Shown here piece by piece: positions 9,510 to 20,006 of a stretch of DNA of 64,000 nucleotides. A model generated the notes under the pieces. That model was not told where the DNA came from. It did not search any database and saw nothing but the letters and a program-made list of their open reading frames with translations. The stretch is from NCBI GenBank assembly GCA_963755715.1, contig CAVWLW010000050.1, forward strand, positions 128,001-192,000, given 5' to 3'. A program made the position numbers and the translations under genes. The DNA comes from an uncultured delta proteobacterium (GTDB lineage Bacteria; Desulfobacterota; Binatia; UBA9968). Every line of letters starts with the position of its first letter. Position 1 is the stretch's first letter.

Positions 9510-9818
9510 ATGGCCAATTTCGTAAAGGTTTGTACAACGGGCGAAGTCAAAGCCGGCTGCGGCAAGAGCGTCGATATCAACGGCAAAGCCGTCGGCGTAT
9601 TCAACGTCGATGGAAAATTCTACGCCATCAACGACGTTTGCGGTCACCGGGGCGGCCCACTGGGCGAAGGCGAACTGGACGGTACGACGGTGATCTGCCC
9701 CTGGCATGGCTGGCGCTACAACGTCACCACCGGGGAAAACGAACTGATTCCCAGCCTGCCCACCGAAAAGTTCGAAGTGAAAGTCGAAGAGGACGACGTG
9801 CTGGTGGATCTGGCCTAA
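9510..9818 (+). CDS. Rieske [2Fe-2S] ferredoxin
   Basis: CGHRGGPL and CPWHGW motifs. Confidence 0.92.
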   Translation: MANFVKVCTTGEVKAGCGKSVDINGKAVGVFNVDGKFYAINDVCGHRGGPLGEGELDGTTVICPWHGWRYNVTTGENELIPSLPTEKFEVKVEEDDVLVDLA

Positions 9819-9841
9819 CGCGAATTTGAAGCGTGGATAAG

Positions 9842-9880
9842 AGGCCCACGGTCTTTCTTAAACCGCGGGCCTTTTTATTT
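9842..9880 (+). terminator. Rho-independent terminator
   Basis: AGGCCCACGGT / ACCGCGGGCCT stem followed by TTTTATTT. Confidence 0.7.
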
Positions 9881-10053
9881 TAAACGATATATGAGGCTGG
9901 TCGCTGGTAATGGCACCGCATGATCGAGATTACTTGCGCGTTCTATGACCAATGGCGATCCTTTCCGAGGCGGTTTTTCTGATCGAAACATGGCATGGGC
10001 GCGCAAAGTATAGATCCAACAGCACGGTTTACCCGGCGATCCTTTAACGCGAG

Positions 10054-10272
10054 TCAGCGTTCATTTAAAAACTGATTGAATTCCCTCTCCTTGATTCCCA
10101 AACTTTTGAGCGCGTTACTTTTGGCCTCCGGATCGATGCCCGACTTTCCAAAGAAGTGCGAGCGCTGCTCAACAATTCGGCAAATTAAAGCACACAGTTG
10201 GCGCGACAATTCGTTTTCGGCCCGTCGCGGAAAGTTTTCGGCCCAAATCTTGGCGATCTCCTGATCTTCCAC
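10054..10272 (-). CDS. Small hypothetical protein (72 aa), paralog of 10404..10622
   Basis: GTG start with GGAG upstream; shares W-x2-N-[FY]-P-x-R and RQ-x-C-x-LIC with its neighbour. Confidence 0.6.
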   Translation of the reverse strand: MEDQEIAKIWAENFPRRAENELSRQLCALICRIVEQRSHFFGKSGIDPEAKSNALKSLGIKEREFNQFLNER

Positions 10273-10367
10273 CCTGACTCCTGTACCTCCTGTACTTTAC
10301 TCTCCCGACACCACGCAAGACGCGCATATGAAGAAAACGAAGAATTTATGATAGTAATGGACAAGTC

Positions 10368-10396
10368 TTGCCAATTTTTTCTAAATTTTTTAAGAT
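10368..10396 (+). promoter_or_regulatory. Sigma70-like promoter, probably giving a leaderless mRNA
   Basis: TTGCCA-N17-TAAGAT, with ATG 7 nt after the -10 box and no RBS. Confidence 0.55.
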
Positions 10397-10403
10397 ATCC
10401 GGG

Positions 10404-10622
10404 ATGGACGATGCACAAATCCGGGAACTTTGGGAAAAAAACTACCCCAACCGTTTCTCCGATCCCATGGCTCGACAGGTGTGCCGGCTAATTTGTCATT
10501 TGATCCACACAATCGTCCAGAACGATGATAGTAGTGCGACGCCACTGCAGAAGCTTCGCAAGGTCCTCGCTGCGCTGAATATCCCAGAGTCACAATACGA
10601 CGAAGTGATACTGGGAAACTGA
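10404..10622 (+). CDS. Small hypothetical protein (72 aa), paralog of 10054..10272
   Basis: MDDAQIRELWEKNYPNR...RQVCRLIC aligns without gaps to MEDQEIAKIWAENFPRR...RQLCALIC. Confidence 0.6.
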   Translation: MDDAQIRELWEKNYPNRFSDPMARQVCRLICHLIHTIVQNDDSSATPLQKLRKVLAALNIPESQYDEVILGN

Positions 10623-10785
10623 ACAATCCAATTGGCTCTTCGAAGGATCCCAGTGCCAAGTTGTAATTTCCCCAAGCGCGATAGAAACAAAAAAACGCCT
10701 TCGCTTTAAGCAAAGCGAAAGCTGGCGGCCCCGCAGCAAGCCCAGAAAATTCTTGAGCATCGGCTCGACGCCGAGGGCCGCTCAG

Positions 10786-11337
10786 TTAAAGGTTTAGATA
10801 ACGATTGATGTAATCATTGAGCGCATCCTTGGTGCTGTCAAAAGCGAGATCGTGCCAGGGCAATTCTTTCGGCGCGAAGATTTGCGCTGCCAAAGACTCG
10901 TCCGCCGCTGCCAGCTCACCGCCGATCACGTCAGCGGTATAGACGATGATCACGTTGGGCGAACGAGGATAAGAGTAGACGTTGAGCAGCGGCCCAAGCT
11001 TGACGTCCAACTGCGATTCTTCTTTCGTTTCGCGAATCGCCGCCTCCGGCACGCTCTCGCCGCGATCGACGTAGCCGCCCGGAAAAACCCACTTGCCGAG
11101 CGCCGGTTCGACGCCGCGTTTCAACAAGACGATGCCGCCCTCCAAGGTAAAGACCGTGCCGGCGACGACTTTCGGATCCTGGTAAAAAATAAACGAGCAC
11201 GCCTGGCAGACCAGACGGCGCGGCTCGTTTGTCTTCACGATTTTTTTATCGAGCGTGCCGCCGCAGCGCGGGCAAAAACGAAACTCGATGTGGCCGTGGC
11301 CGTGCGCGTGATGGTGCTGGTCGTGGTCTGATGCCAT
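10786..11337 (-). CDS. NUDIX hydrolase with zinc ribbon and His-rich N-terminus
   Basis: CPRCG...CQAC; Nudix box GGYVDRGESVPEAAIRETKEES. Confidence 0.92.
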   Translation of the reverse strand: MASDHDQHHHAHGHGHIEFRFCPRCGGTLDKKIVKTNEPRRLVCQACSFIFYQDPKVVAGTVFTLEGGIVLLKRGVEPALGKWVFPGGYVDRGESVPEAAIRETKEESQLDVKLGPLLNVYSYPRSPNVIIVYTADVIGGELAAADESLAAQIFAPKELPWHDLAFDSTKDALNDYINRYLNL

Positions 11338-11396
11338 GCTTTTCTTCTAGCGTATATTCAGTTGAAACAAAAGAATATTTCTGTAATCGTACCGTG

Positions 11397-12080
11397 ATGC
11401 TTCGCGCCGTGATTTTTGATTTTAACGGCATCATCGTCGATGACGAGCCGATCCATTTTGAGCTGTTTCGCCGGGTGCTCGGTGAGGAAGGCATCACTCT
11501 GACAGAGGAAGCCTACTACGAGCGCTATCTGGGCTTTGACGATCGCGGCGCGTTCATCACGGGACTGCGGGAAAACAATCGGCCGATCAGCGATGCCAAA
11601 CTCGATGAGCTCATCCGGCGCAAAGCCGACTACTACCAAGACGCGATTCGCGATCACGTGGCTATTTTTCCGGGCGTAAAATCTTTGCTCGCCGAGCTAT
11701 CGCGGCTGCTACCGCTCGCCGTCGCTTCCGGCGCGCTGCGCCACGAGATCGAAACGATTTTGACCGCGGCCGGGCTGCATGATTATTTCCAAGCGATCGT
11801 CAGCGCTGAAGACGTAAAAAAAGGCAAGCCCGAGCCGGAAATTTTCTTAAAAGCATTGCTGGCGTTGAACGGGCGCGAAAAAACCGGCGGGTTCATTCAA
11901 GCAGGTGAATGCGTCGTGATAGAAGACTCGAAAGAGGGCATCCGCGGCGCGCGGCGCGCCGGCATGAAGTGCCTCGCAGTTACCAATTCGCATCCCGCGG
12001 AAGTCCTCCATGAAGCCCACGCCGTCGTTGACAGCCTGGAAGACGTTACACTCCCCTTCCTGCAACAGCTTTGCGCGTGA
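11397..12080 (+). CDS. HAD-superfamily phosphatase
   Basis: IFDFNGIIVD, ASG, KPEPEIF, IEDS..GI motifs. Confidence 0.9.
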   Translation: MLRAVIFDFNGIIVDDEPIHFELFRRVLGEEGITLTEEAYYERYLGFDDRGAFITGLRENNRPISDAKLDELIRRKADYYQDAIRDHVAIFPGVKSLLAELSRLLPLAVASGALRHEIETILTAAGLHDYFQAIVSAEDVKKGKPEPEIFLKALLALNGREKTGGFIQAGECVVIEDSKEGIRGARRAGMKCLAVTNSHPAEVLHEAHAVVDSLEDVTLPFLQQLCA

Positions 12081-12083
12081 GAG

Positions 12084-12803
12084 TTATCGGTACGGTGATT
12101 GCTGCGGCCGCACGGTGATCTCCACCGGGCAACAGGTGGCGGAAGATGTCAGCACATAGAGCACGGCTTGGGCGATATCGGCGGGCTGAATCATCTTGCT
12201 CCGATCCAACTGCCGGTTGGGAGGAATTAGCGGAGTATCGACGAAGCCCGGCAGGATCACCGACACTTTGACGCCATGCTGGCGCACTTCTTCATAGAGC
12301 GACTGCGTGAAGCCGATCAGGCCGAACTTCGAAGCTGAGTACGCGGCTCCGTTCGCCTCGCCGCTTTTGCCCGACACCGAGCCAATATTGATCACCGCGC
12401 CTTCGCCCTTCTCGATCATTGCCGGTAATAGTTTCTGCGCGAGAAGCATCGGCGCGCGCAGATTGACGCGTAGCGTTTGATCCCAGTCCTCGATTTTGGC
12501 TCGAACAACCGATGCTCGTTTACCCCATCCCGCATTGTTGATCAGGAAATCAACGGCACCGAATTGTCGCTCGCTTTCCCTGACGAGCGTGTCGATGTCC
12601 TCATCACGCGTAAGATCCGTGGGAACGGCGATGGCAAGACCCTTGTCATTTTGAATGTCGAGCTTAACTTTTTCGAGCTCGCCCGAGGTGCGCGCAGCCA
12701 AGACAACGCGGCAACCCAATTGCGCCAGGGAAAGAGCCACGGCTTTGCCGATGCCCCGCCCCGCGCCGGTGACGAGGGCGACCTTTCCATCGAAGCTTTG
12801 CAT
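12084..12803 (-). CDS. SDR family oxidoreductase
   Basis: TGAGRGIG, NNAG, YSASK. Confidence 0.93.
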   Translation of the reverse strand: MQSFDGKVALVTGAGRGIGKAVALSLAQLGCRVVLAARTSGELEKVKLDIQNDKGLAIAVPTDLTRDEDIDTLVRESERQFGAVDFLINNAGWGKRASVVRAKIEDWDQTLRVNLRAPMLLAQKLLPAMIEKGEGAVINIGSVSGKSGEANGAAYSASKFGLIGFTQSLYEEVRQHGVKVSVILPGFVDTPLIPPNRQLDRSKMIQPADIAQAVLYVLTSSATCCPVEITVRPQQSPYR

Positions 12804-12827
12804 GAAAATAGGTCGGGGCGATGGAGA

Positions 12828-13247
12828 TTAGTGGACGGTTGGCGTCTGATCCTGCGGCGGCTGCGCCACGGACGAGCCGTGGTGATGAATCATGCGCCAG
12901 CCGTCGGGGCCTTTGCGAAAAATATTCGTCGTGAGAATCATCGCGGCGACATTCTGCCCTTCCAATGAGCTATTTAGATTTTCATAGAGCGTCACCCACG
13001 CGAGCTCGCCGCGCACTTCGATCGACAGGTCGGTCAGCATGAACCTGATCTGCGGTGTATTCTCAAAAATTTGCCGCCAGCTTTCCATGACCAGCTTCCG
13101 GCCGCGCAGGATGCGCCAACCCGGATGGCCGCACTGGATTTCACCCTCGCTGGCCCACACCGATTCCATCTTCTTGATGTCGAGGCTTTCGAAGGCCCGA
13201 TAGAAGCCCTCGTTCGCTTGCGCGACGTCTTTTTCTTCCGGAGTCAT
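12828..13247 (-). CDS. SnoaL/NTF2-like protein
   Basis: ANEGFYRAFE, HPGW, WRMIHHHGS. Confidence 0.85.
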   Translation of the reverse strand: MTPEEKDVAQANEGFYRAFESLDIKKMESVWASEGEIQCGHPGWRILRGRKLVMESWRQIFENTPQIRFMLTDLSIEVRGELAWVTLYENLNSSLEGQNVAAMILTTNIFRKGPDGWRMIHHHGSSVAQPPQDQTPTVH

Positions 13248-13252
13248 GGCGA

Positions 13253-13579
13253 TTAATGGTGCGGCTTAGGCGTGACAAATACGAGAGTCACGAGCTTTTC
13301 CTGGCTACGGTTGGCGACGCCGTGATTCTGTCCAGCCGGCGCGAGCACGATTTCACCGGCCCCGAGCTCGCGTTGCTCATCCCCCACCGTGAACACACCC
13401 TTGCCCTCGAGAACGTAGTAGACCTTGTCCTGCCCGCCATGCGTGTGGGGACTCTGCTCTTGCCCCGGCTCGAAACAGTAGGTGTCGCAGAAAAATCTGT
13501 CGGTTTCGAACACGCCGTTCTTTTTCATCTTCTCGGGCGAAAACTGCCTCGCCTCTGAAAGCTTTTTAAAATTGCTCAT
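13253..13579 (-). CDS. Cupin domain protein
   Basis: HTH-x3-DKVYYVLEG and APAGQNHGV motifs; AGGAG RBS. Confidence 0.85.
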   Translation of the reverse strand: MSNFKKLSEARQFSPEKMKKNGVFETDRFFCDTYCFEPGQEQSPHTHGGQDKVYYVLEGKGVFTVGDEQRELGAGEIVLAPAGQNHGVANRSQEKLVTLVFVTPKPHH

Positions 13580-13630
13580 AGCTCGCTCCTGCCAGCGGTG
13601 ATGATGCGATACTACCATAGGGGTAGTTAC

Positions 13631-14830
13631 ATGCAAAAGCACAATGGATCTGTTATCAGTGACGGCATGGATTCGGTGCTCGTGCGCTACCATGAGATCG
13701 CGCTCAAGAAAGGCAACCGCGCCTATTTCACCGAGCTGCTCAAGAAAAATCTGCTCGCGGCCGTCAAAGATCTCGGCGCCAAAGAAATCCGCAGCCTGCC
13801 GGCGCGTCTGCTGCTCACCTTCAAAAACGAGGTGCCCGCCGCCACGCTCATCGAGCGTATGAGCACCGTGTTCGGCGTTGCAAATTTCTCGATTGTCGAG
13901 CGCACCGCGCGAGACATCGATGCGTTGCGCGGCCGTATACTGGAATCCTTGAACGGTGGCCGATTCCAATCCTTTCGCATCGAAACCCAGCGCGGCGACA
14001 AAACTTTTCCGCTGACTTCGCCCGAAATCAACCGGCAGCTGGGCGCCGCCGTCCAAGAAAAGTCCGGCGCGCGGGTCGATCTAGAGAATGCCGAATTCAC
14101 GGTGACGGTGGAAATCCTTCCGCGCGACGCTTTTTTCGGCTTCAACAAGATTGCCGGCGCCGGCGGTTTACCCGTCGGCTCAAGCGGGCGAGTGGCCGCG
14201 CTGATTTCCGGCGGTTTCGATTCGCCGGTTGCCGCATACCGGATGATGCAACGCGGCTGCCGGATTATCTTCGTGCATTTTCATAGCGTGCCTTATCAGG
14301 ACAAAACCTCGCAGGAAAAGGTGCGCCAGCTCGTTCAATTATTGACCCGTCACCAATTCACTTCCCGTCTTTACATGGTGCCCTTCGGTGAGATCCAGCG
14401 CCAGATTGTCGCCACGGTCGCGCGGCCCCTGCGCGTGGTCCTTTACCGGCGCATGATGCTGCGCATCGCCGAAGCGATCGCACGGCAAGAAAAAGCCAAA
14501 GCCTTGATTACAGGCGAAAGCCTGGGGCAAGTCGCCTCGCAAACGCTCGATAACATGGCGGTGATCCAACAAGCCGCACGCTTGCCGATTCTACGTCCCC
14601 TGGTGGGAATGGATAAACAGGAAATTATCGATCAATCGCGGCGCATCGGCACATTCGAAGTTTCCTCGATCCCGGATCAAGATTGCTGCCAGCTTTTCGT
14701 GCCGAAGCACCCGGCGACCAAGGCGCGCTTCATCGACGTGGAAGAGGATGAGACGAAGTTGGACGTGAAAGACCTGCTACGCTACGGCATGGAAAACACG
14801 ATCGAGGAGGATTTCCGTTTTCCACTCTGA
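13631..14830 (+). CDS. thiI: tRNA 4-thiouridine synthase ThiI (THUMP + PP-loop, no rhodanese domain)
   Basis: RYHEIALKKGNR, SGGFDSPVA, TGESLGQVASQTL, DCC; start could alternatively be 13667. Confidence 0.93.
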   Translation: MQKHNGSVISDGMDSVLVRYHEIALKKGNRAYFTELLKKNLLAAVKDLGAKEIRSLPARLLLTFKNEVPAATLIERMSTVFGVANFSIVERTARDIDALRGRILESLNGGRFQSFRIETQRGDKTFPLTSPEINRQLGAAVQEKSGARVDLENAEFTVTVEILPRDAFFGFNKIAGAGGLPVGSSGRVAALISGGFDSPVAAYRMMQRGCRIIFVHFHSVPYQDKTSQEKVRQLVQLLTRHQFTSRLYMVPFGEIQRQIVATVARPLRVVLYRRMMLRIAEAIARQEKAKALITGESLGQVASQTLDNMAVIQQAARLPILRPLVGMDKQEIIDQSRRIGTFEVSSIPDQDCCQLFVPKHPATKARFIDVEEDETKLDVKDLLRYGMENTIEEDFRFPL

Positions 14831-14976
14831 GCATGCCTTCGTCCAAGCGTTTGAAGTCGTTCAAGTCGCTCCCACCGATATGAACGGCGCGCACGAACAA
14901 CCTTTCCGCTCGTCAAGAGCCGACACCATTCCACGCACCCGTTTAAGAGAAAGACGACGACTCACGGGCCTGAGAT

Positions 14977-15804
14977 TCAACGCCGCAGTTCGGCCTTGTC
15001 GATAAAATCTTTCAGAGCTTTGAAATAGGCTTCGCCGCCGATGATATAGGTATCGTTGTGGCGCGAGCCCTGAATCGTGTAGAACTCTTTCGGCTCGGGA
15101 GCGGCGGCAAAGATTCTTTTTCCTTGATCAAAGGGAACGACATCGTCAAAGTCGCCATGAAGAACCAGGATCGGCGCTCGGATCTTTTTGATTTTCTCAA
15201 GGTTATCGTACTTGGTTCGAAGAAAGGAACCGATCGGAAGCCATGGAGCTGCGATTCGCGCCATGTCACGGATGGAGGTAAAGGGCGCTTCGAGAATCAG
15301 CGCCAGACCAGGGTGCCTCACGGCGATTTCCGTCGCCACCGCCGCGCCGAGGGATTGCCCAAACAGGACGATTCTTTTGGATTCGACGTCCTGCCTCGAA
15401 CGAAGATGCTCCAAAGCCGCCACACCGTCTTTGTAGGTGCCTTCTTCAGAAGGTTTACCCGCGCTTTTTCCATAACCTCTATAATCGAAAATGAAGATAT
15501 GGATTTTAAGTTTGTCGTGAAGGAGCTTAAGGTGTTCCGAGCGATGACCGATGTTTCCTCCATTACCATGAAACCAGAGAAGCGTCGTGGACGCGCCGGG
15601 ATAAGCGACAAACCAGCCGTTGAGCGTCACGCCGTCTTCGGTCTTGAAGTAGACGTCTTGGAACGAAAGGCCGTAATTGCGCGGCGTTTCCGAAACCTCG
15701 GCAAGCGGAAAAAAAATAAACTTTTCTTCCACGTCACAACCCTCGAATAATACCAGGCCCAGAATAACGAACCCGGCAGCGATGGTCCTAACCCTTGGGT
15801 GCAT
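14977..15804 (-). CDS. Alpha/beta hydrolase
   Basis: FHGNGGNI, DYRGYG, GQSLG, HGDFDDVVP, HND. Confidence 0.9.
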   Translation of the reverse strand: MHPRVRTIAAGFVILGLVLFEGCDVEEKFIFFPLAEVSETPRNYGLSFQDVYFKTEDGVTLNGWFVAYPGASTTLLWFHGNGGNIGHRSEHLKLLHDKLKIHIFIFDYRGYGKSAGKPSEEGTYKDGVAALEHLRSRQDVESKRIVLFGQSLGAAVATEIAVRHPGLALILEAPFTSIRDMARIAAPWLPIGSFLRTKYDNLEKIKKIRAPILVLHGDFDDVVPFDQGKRIFAAAPEPKEFYTIQGSRHNDTYIIGGEAYFKALKDFIDKAELRR

Positions 15805-16003
15805 GAAGCGCCAGCATAGCAAACAGTTCAGTGCGCGGGTCGGGCAGGCATATCGCAGAGCATGCCATCACGATTCTTGGACTACCAGCCATTGGAATCT
15901 GCAGCTGGAGGAGGAAGGGGTTGGTTGAGGAGCGCGAGTTTGGGATGAACTGCCTCCCTTTACAATTTGGATATTATCAATATCAACGCACCGATCCTAG
16001 CCG

Positions 16004-16976
16004 CTACACGTAGTGCTGAATTTTTTGAAGGCTCGGCGCAAAAAATAAATCTTCAACCGCGGGCTTTTTCTTGATCATCCCCTGCTCGTACTCGTAGCGA
16101 ATTACCGCTTCCAACGCTTTGCGATTGTCTTCTAGATTGTATGGCCAGGGATCGGGCCCGAAAATATCGCGCTGCTCGCTTTGCAAGTCCTGCACCCAAA
16201 CCAAGGCGAAACTGCGCGGGTCGCTGTTGCGCGCGTAGCAAATTTCTTTCGCCTGCTGAAACGCGCGCACCAAGCTGATGCCCACCCATGGGTGTTCGGC
16301 TAAAATCGGATTCTTGACGACCACCGTGTGCATGATCGGAAAGAAGCCGCCGTTTTTGTAAGTATTCGATCTCCGCTTTCTTCGGCTCGGGAAAAAGCAG
16401 CGCGACTTTCGGATTGCCGCTGCGGATCGACGGCAAGGTTTCCGGGTAGAGCGCCGCTTCCAGCTCGCCCTCGAGCAACATCTGGTCGACGTTCTTGCCG
16501 GGTGGCACGCGCTTGACGTTCATCCATTTGGCGGGCTCGAAAGGAATGTCCTCCTCTTCCTGGCACCACCACTCTATCGTCTTTAAATCGACGCCGTAAT
16601 GATCTTGCAGGATGCCGCGCATCCACAGCCCGGCGGAATTTTGCAGGGTATCCAATGCGACCCTTTTGCCGTTGAGATCGGACGGCTTCTCGATGCCGCA
16701 GCCGGTTCTTTTGACCATATACTGATGGCGAAAACGGCGATGGGGAAAGACTGGGATTGCGTTGTAGTCGCAGCCTTTGTCGCGCGAGACCAGATAGCCG
16801 ACCAAGGATAATTCACAAACATCGAATTCTTCATGACGCAGCATGCGTCCGTGGCGCTCGGGCGACGGCATCGTCAAAACATTGAGCTCGATCCCCTGCG
16901 GCTGAATCTCGCCGTTGATCAACGGCCGCAAAAAATCGTAATCGCCGCAGGCCAGAGTTAGTTTGAGCTTGGACAT
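16004..16976 (-). CDS. 4,5-dihydroxyphthalate decarboxylase-like / substrate-binding-fold protein (frameshift near 16360)
   Basis: LTLACGDYD, FDVCELSL, PVFPHRRFRH, FPIMHTVV, DPWPY motifs. Confidence 0.8.
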
Positions 16977-17568
16977 TCATTCTCCTTTGACGTGTTGACG
17001 GTAGAGTTCCGGCGTATCGATATCGACGGTAATGCCTTCTTCGTCGGTCTCCATCTCCAAGGTTGCATCGCCATGCGCATTGACCACGGCTTTGGCGCCT
17101 TGATCCATCGGCGCGTCGAGTAATTCGCCGAACAGCCGCCGCGAAAACAGCACCGGATGGCCGCGTTTGCCGCGGCAGCGGGGCACAACGATGTCTTTTT
17201 TCGACTCGTAAAATTGTCGGATCATCCGGTCGACCAGGCTCGCGTCAATGTAGGGATGGTCGACGAGATGAACGAGCATGCCGTCGCAGTCCGGGTCGGG
17301 CAGCAAGTTTCGCACCGCGACTTGCAGCGACGACAATTGTCCCAGCTGGTAATTTGGATTGATGAGAATTTCTACCGGCAGCGCGTCCAATCGCGGCGGC
17401 TAACTGGTCTGCATTGTGACCCAGAACGACGATGATCTTGCCGACCTGAGTGTGCTTCAGCGACGCGACGATGCGCCCAATGAATGTCTCGCCTTCGATC
17501 GGCAAGAGCGCCTTCGGCCGCCCCATGCGGCTCGACTCACCGGCGGAGAGAACAACGGCGGCAATCAT
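16977..17568 (-). CDS. MobA/MocA-like nucleotidyltransferase (frameshift near 17390)
   Basis: LSAGESSRMGRPKALL, GHPVLF, DIDTPE. Confidence 0.85.
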
Positions 17569-17599
17569 GGCTTGGTCCGCTCACGATTGCCGCAGTCAA

Positions 17600-17703
17600 A
17601 AATCTCCCCTAACCCCTCCTTTGAAGTAGGACATTTTAGAGAGGGGAAAAAGTCCTCGTAGGAAAACATCCCCCTTTAACAAAAGGGGGATCGAGGGGGA
17701 TTT
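17600..17703. repeat. Miniature palindromic element (REPIN/MITE-like)
   Basis: Ends AAATCTCCCCT...GGGGGATTT with internal CCCCCTTT-AAC-AAAAGGGGG hairpin; intergenic. Confidence 0.55.
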
Positions 17704-17756
17704 CTCCGAGAAACTGTCGAACATGACGACAAACTCTTTCAGCAGCGGCTCGACCA

Positions 17757-18749
17757 TCATTTATAGACCTTGTCGATGAAGCCGCTTTTTTCCAGCTCGC
17801 GCACAATGCTGTCGTCGACGATGTCTTCGACCCGCAGCGTGGCGCCGGGCTTGCGCGCCAGCGCTTCTTTGATCTGCACTTCGGTTCCTTCCCGCGTCAC
17901 CAGCGGCACGCGATCATGCAGCTTGACATTGGCGGCGTAGGAATCTTCCAAATATTGGGGATTATCCTGGCGCGTGTATTTGGCGATAAATTTTTTCGTG
18001 TCTTCCTTGTGCGTTTTGAGAAAATGCGTCGCTTCGACGAGCGCCATCGTGAGCCTCCGCATGGTTTCGCGATGGCTCGCCAGATAGGTTTTCGTCGTCG
18101 TGGAGCAAATGTACGGAAAGTCATAGCGCTTTTGAAAGTCGGCGGTGCTGATCATGACCCGATGCGGCATGCCTTTGGCGAGGTGAATGGTGCCCGGCGG
18201 TGAAGGAAAGCCGACGATCCTGCCCGTGCGAAACGCCGCCGCGCGCTCGGTCGGCCCGCCGACTTGAAGGATCGGCACGTCCCGAACCGGCTCCAAACCC
18301 AGGCCTTTGATCAGTACCCGCGCCGCGACATCCGACGCGCTGCCGACCCGGCTGATGCCGACGCTTTTGCCTTTCAGGTCTTCCACCGACTTGACCGATT
18401 CCTGAACGATCAATTCGTAGGGCAGCGTGTTGATGTAGCAGGCGGTCATCACCAAGTTGGCGCCGCCCACGGCCGCGCTCGCCACCGCGCCGCCCGAGCT
18501 GTTCGCCACTTGGATATCGCCCGAGACCACGGTGGACACGCTCATAGTCGAGCTCTGGATGAAAATAAGCTCTACGTCGAGACCGTATTTGCGATACATG
18601 CCGGTATCCAGCGCCGTGAACCAGACGGTGTTCGAAGCATCGGCCGAGCTGTAGGCGATCTTTACCCGCTCCTGCGCTCCGCCAGGCGCAGAAGTCGCAA
18701 TAAAGACGAGAAGCAAAAGCACCAAACGAACCTGGATGCGGTGTAACAT
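17757..18749 (-). CDS. NMT1/SsuA-family ABC substrate-binding protein
   Basis: Signal peptide; DLKGKSVGISRVGSASD; ELEKSGFIDKVYK C-terminus. Confidence 0.88.
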   Translation of the reverse strand: MLHRIQVRLVLLLLVFIATSAPGGAQERVKIAYSSADASNTVWFTALDTGMYRKYGLDVELIFIQSSTMSVSTVVSGDIQVANSSGGAVASAAVGGANLVMTACYINTLPYELIVQESVKSVEDLKGKSVGISRVGSASDVAARVLIKGLGLEPVRDVPILQVGGPTERAAAFRTGRIVGFPSPPGTIHLAKGMPHRVMISTADFQKRYDFPYICSTTTKTYLASHRETMRRLTMALVEATHFLKTHKEDTKKFIAKYTRQDNPQYLEDSYAANVKLHDRVPLVTREGTEVQIKEALARKPGATLRVEDIVDDSIVRELEKSGFIDKVYK

Positions 18750-18881
18750 GCCGTTCAAACCTCTCTTTCGAATCGAGTGCACGCGCCGAGGGCACCGCGA
18801 ATGCGGTTTTGATTTAACTCAACAACGATCAGGGAATCAACAGAGTGGAACAGCCCTTTTAGAGCGGCGGGCCTGCGATGA

Positions 18882-19985
18882 TCACTGTTCCGCGGGCAGC
18901 GCCATGCACTCGCCCGCCGGCAACTCGACCCAAACGGGATCGCCACGGCGCACTTGCAGAGTGTAACGCTGATGAGTCTGTAGAATATTCTTGCCGAGCT
19001 CGACGGTGCAGTCGACGTATTCACCCAAAAACATGGCGGCGCCGATCTTGCCCTCGATAACGTTCGAACCGATGGGCGGCTGTTGCGTGTGAAGGTTAAT
19101 GCTCTCAGGTCGCACGACGACAACCACCCTGCTGCCGGCAGTCAAACCGTCGAGGATACCGCAGGAGATCTCGCCGTCGTCGGTGTGAACCGTCGCGGTG
19201 CCATTTCCTTCCAGCTTGGTCACCTGACCGGTCATCTGGTTGGTCGAACCGATGAAATTAGCGACGAACTTGGTCTTCGGTTGTAAGTAGATATCCCGAG
19301 GGGCACCCTCTTGAACGATCACGCCGGAGTTCATGACGGCGATGATATTGGACATCGACAACGCCTCGACCTGATCGTGGGTCACGTAGAGAGTCGTGAT
19401 GCGCAGACGGCGCTGCAGCTCGCGTAATTCGAAGCGCATGCGTTCCCGCAGTTTGGCGTCGAGATTGCTCAACGGTTCGTCCAGCAGGAGGACCTGCGGT
19501 TCCCGCACCAGCGCACGGGCCAGCGCCAGCCGCTGCTGTTGACCGCCGGACAATTGCGTGGCCATGCGTTCGCCATAGTCGGACAACTCGACCTGTTCGA
19601 GCGCCGTAGAAACTTTTTTCTGAATCTCGGCATTGCTCAGCCGCTGCTTGCCGACCCGCAGCGGAAACGCGACGTTTTCGAACACCGTCATATGCGGCCA
19701 GATGGCATAGCTTTGAAAAACCATCCCGATGGGACGGCGGTAGGCGGGCACGAAGGTGCCGTCCAGCGCCGAAAAGACTTTCTTGCCGGCGACGAGGATC
19801 TCACCGCCGTTGGCCTTTTCCAATCCGGCGATGCAGCGCAAAGTGGTCGTCTTGCCGCAACCCGATGGGCCCAACAGCGTATAGAAGCGCCCTTCTTCGA
19901 CGTTAAAAGAAATATCGTTGACGGCTTTGACGCCGGCGTTAGCGCCGTCTTCGTAAATTTTTACTAGCGACTTAATTTCAATCAC
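18882..19985 (-). CDS. ABC transporter ATP-binding protein (PotA/AfuC type)
   Basis: GPSGCGKTT, LSGGQQQR, LLDEPLSNLD, TOBE C-terminus. Confidence 0.95.
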   Translation of the reverse strand: MIEIKSLVKIYEDGANAGVKAVNDISFNVEEGRFYTLLGPSGCGKTTTLRCIAGLEKANGGEILVAGKKVFSALDGTFVPAYRRPIGMVFQSYAIWPHMTVFENVAFPLRVGKQRLSNAEIQKKVSTALEQVELSDYGERMATQLSGGQQQRLALARALVREPQVLLLDEPLSNLDAKLRERMRFELRELQRRLRITTLYVTHDQVEALSMSNIIAVMNSGVIVQEGAPRDIYLQPKTKFVANFIGSTNQMTGQVTKLEGNGTATVHTDDGEISCGILDGLTAGSRVVVVVRPESINLHTQQPPIGSNVIEGKIGAAMFLGEYVDCTVELGKNILQTHQRYTLQVRRGDPVWVELPAGECMALPAEQ

Positions 19986-20006
19986 AAGGTTTGCCTTACC
20001 AGTCCT

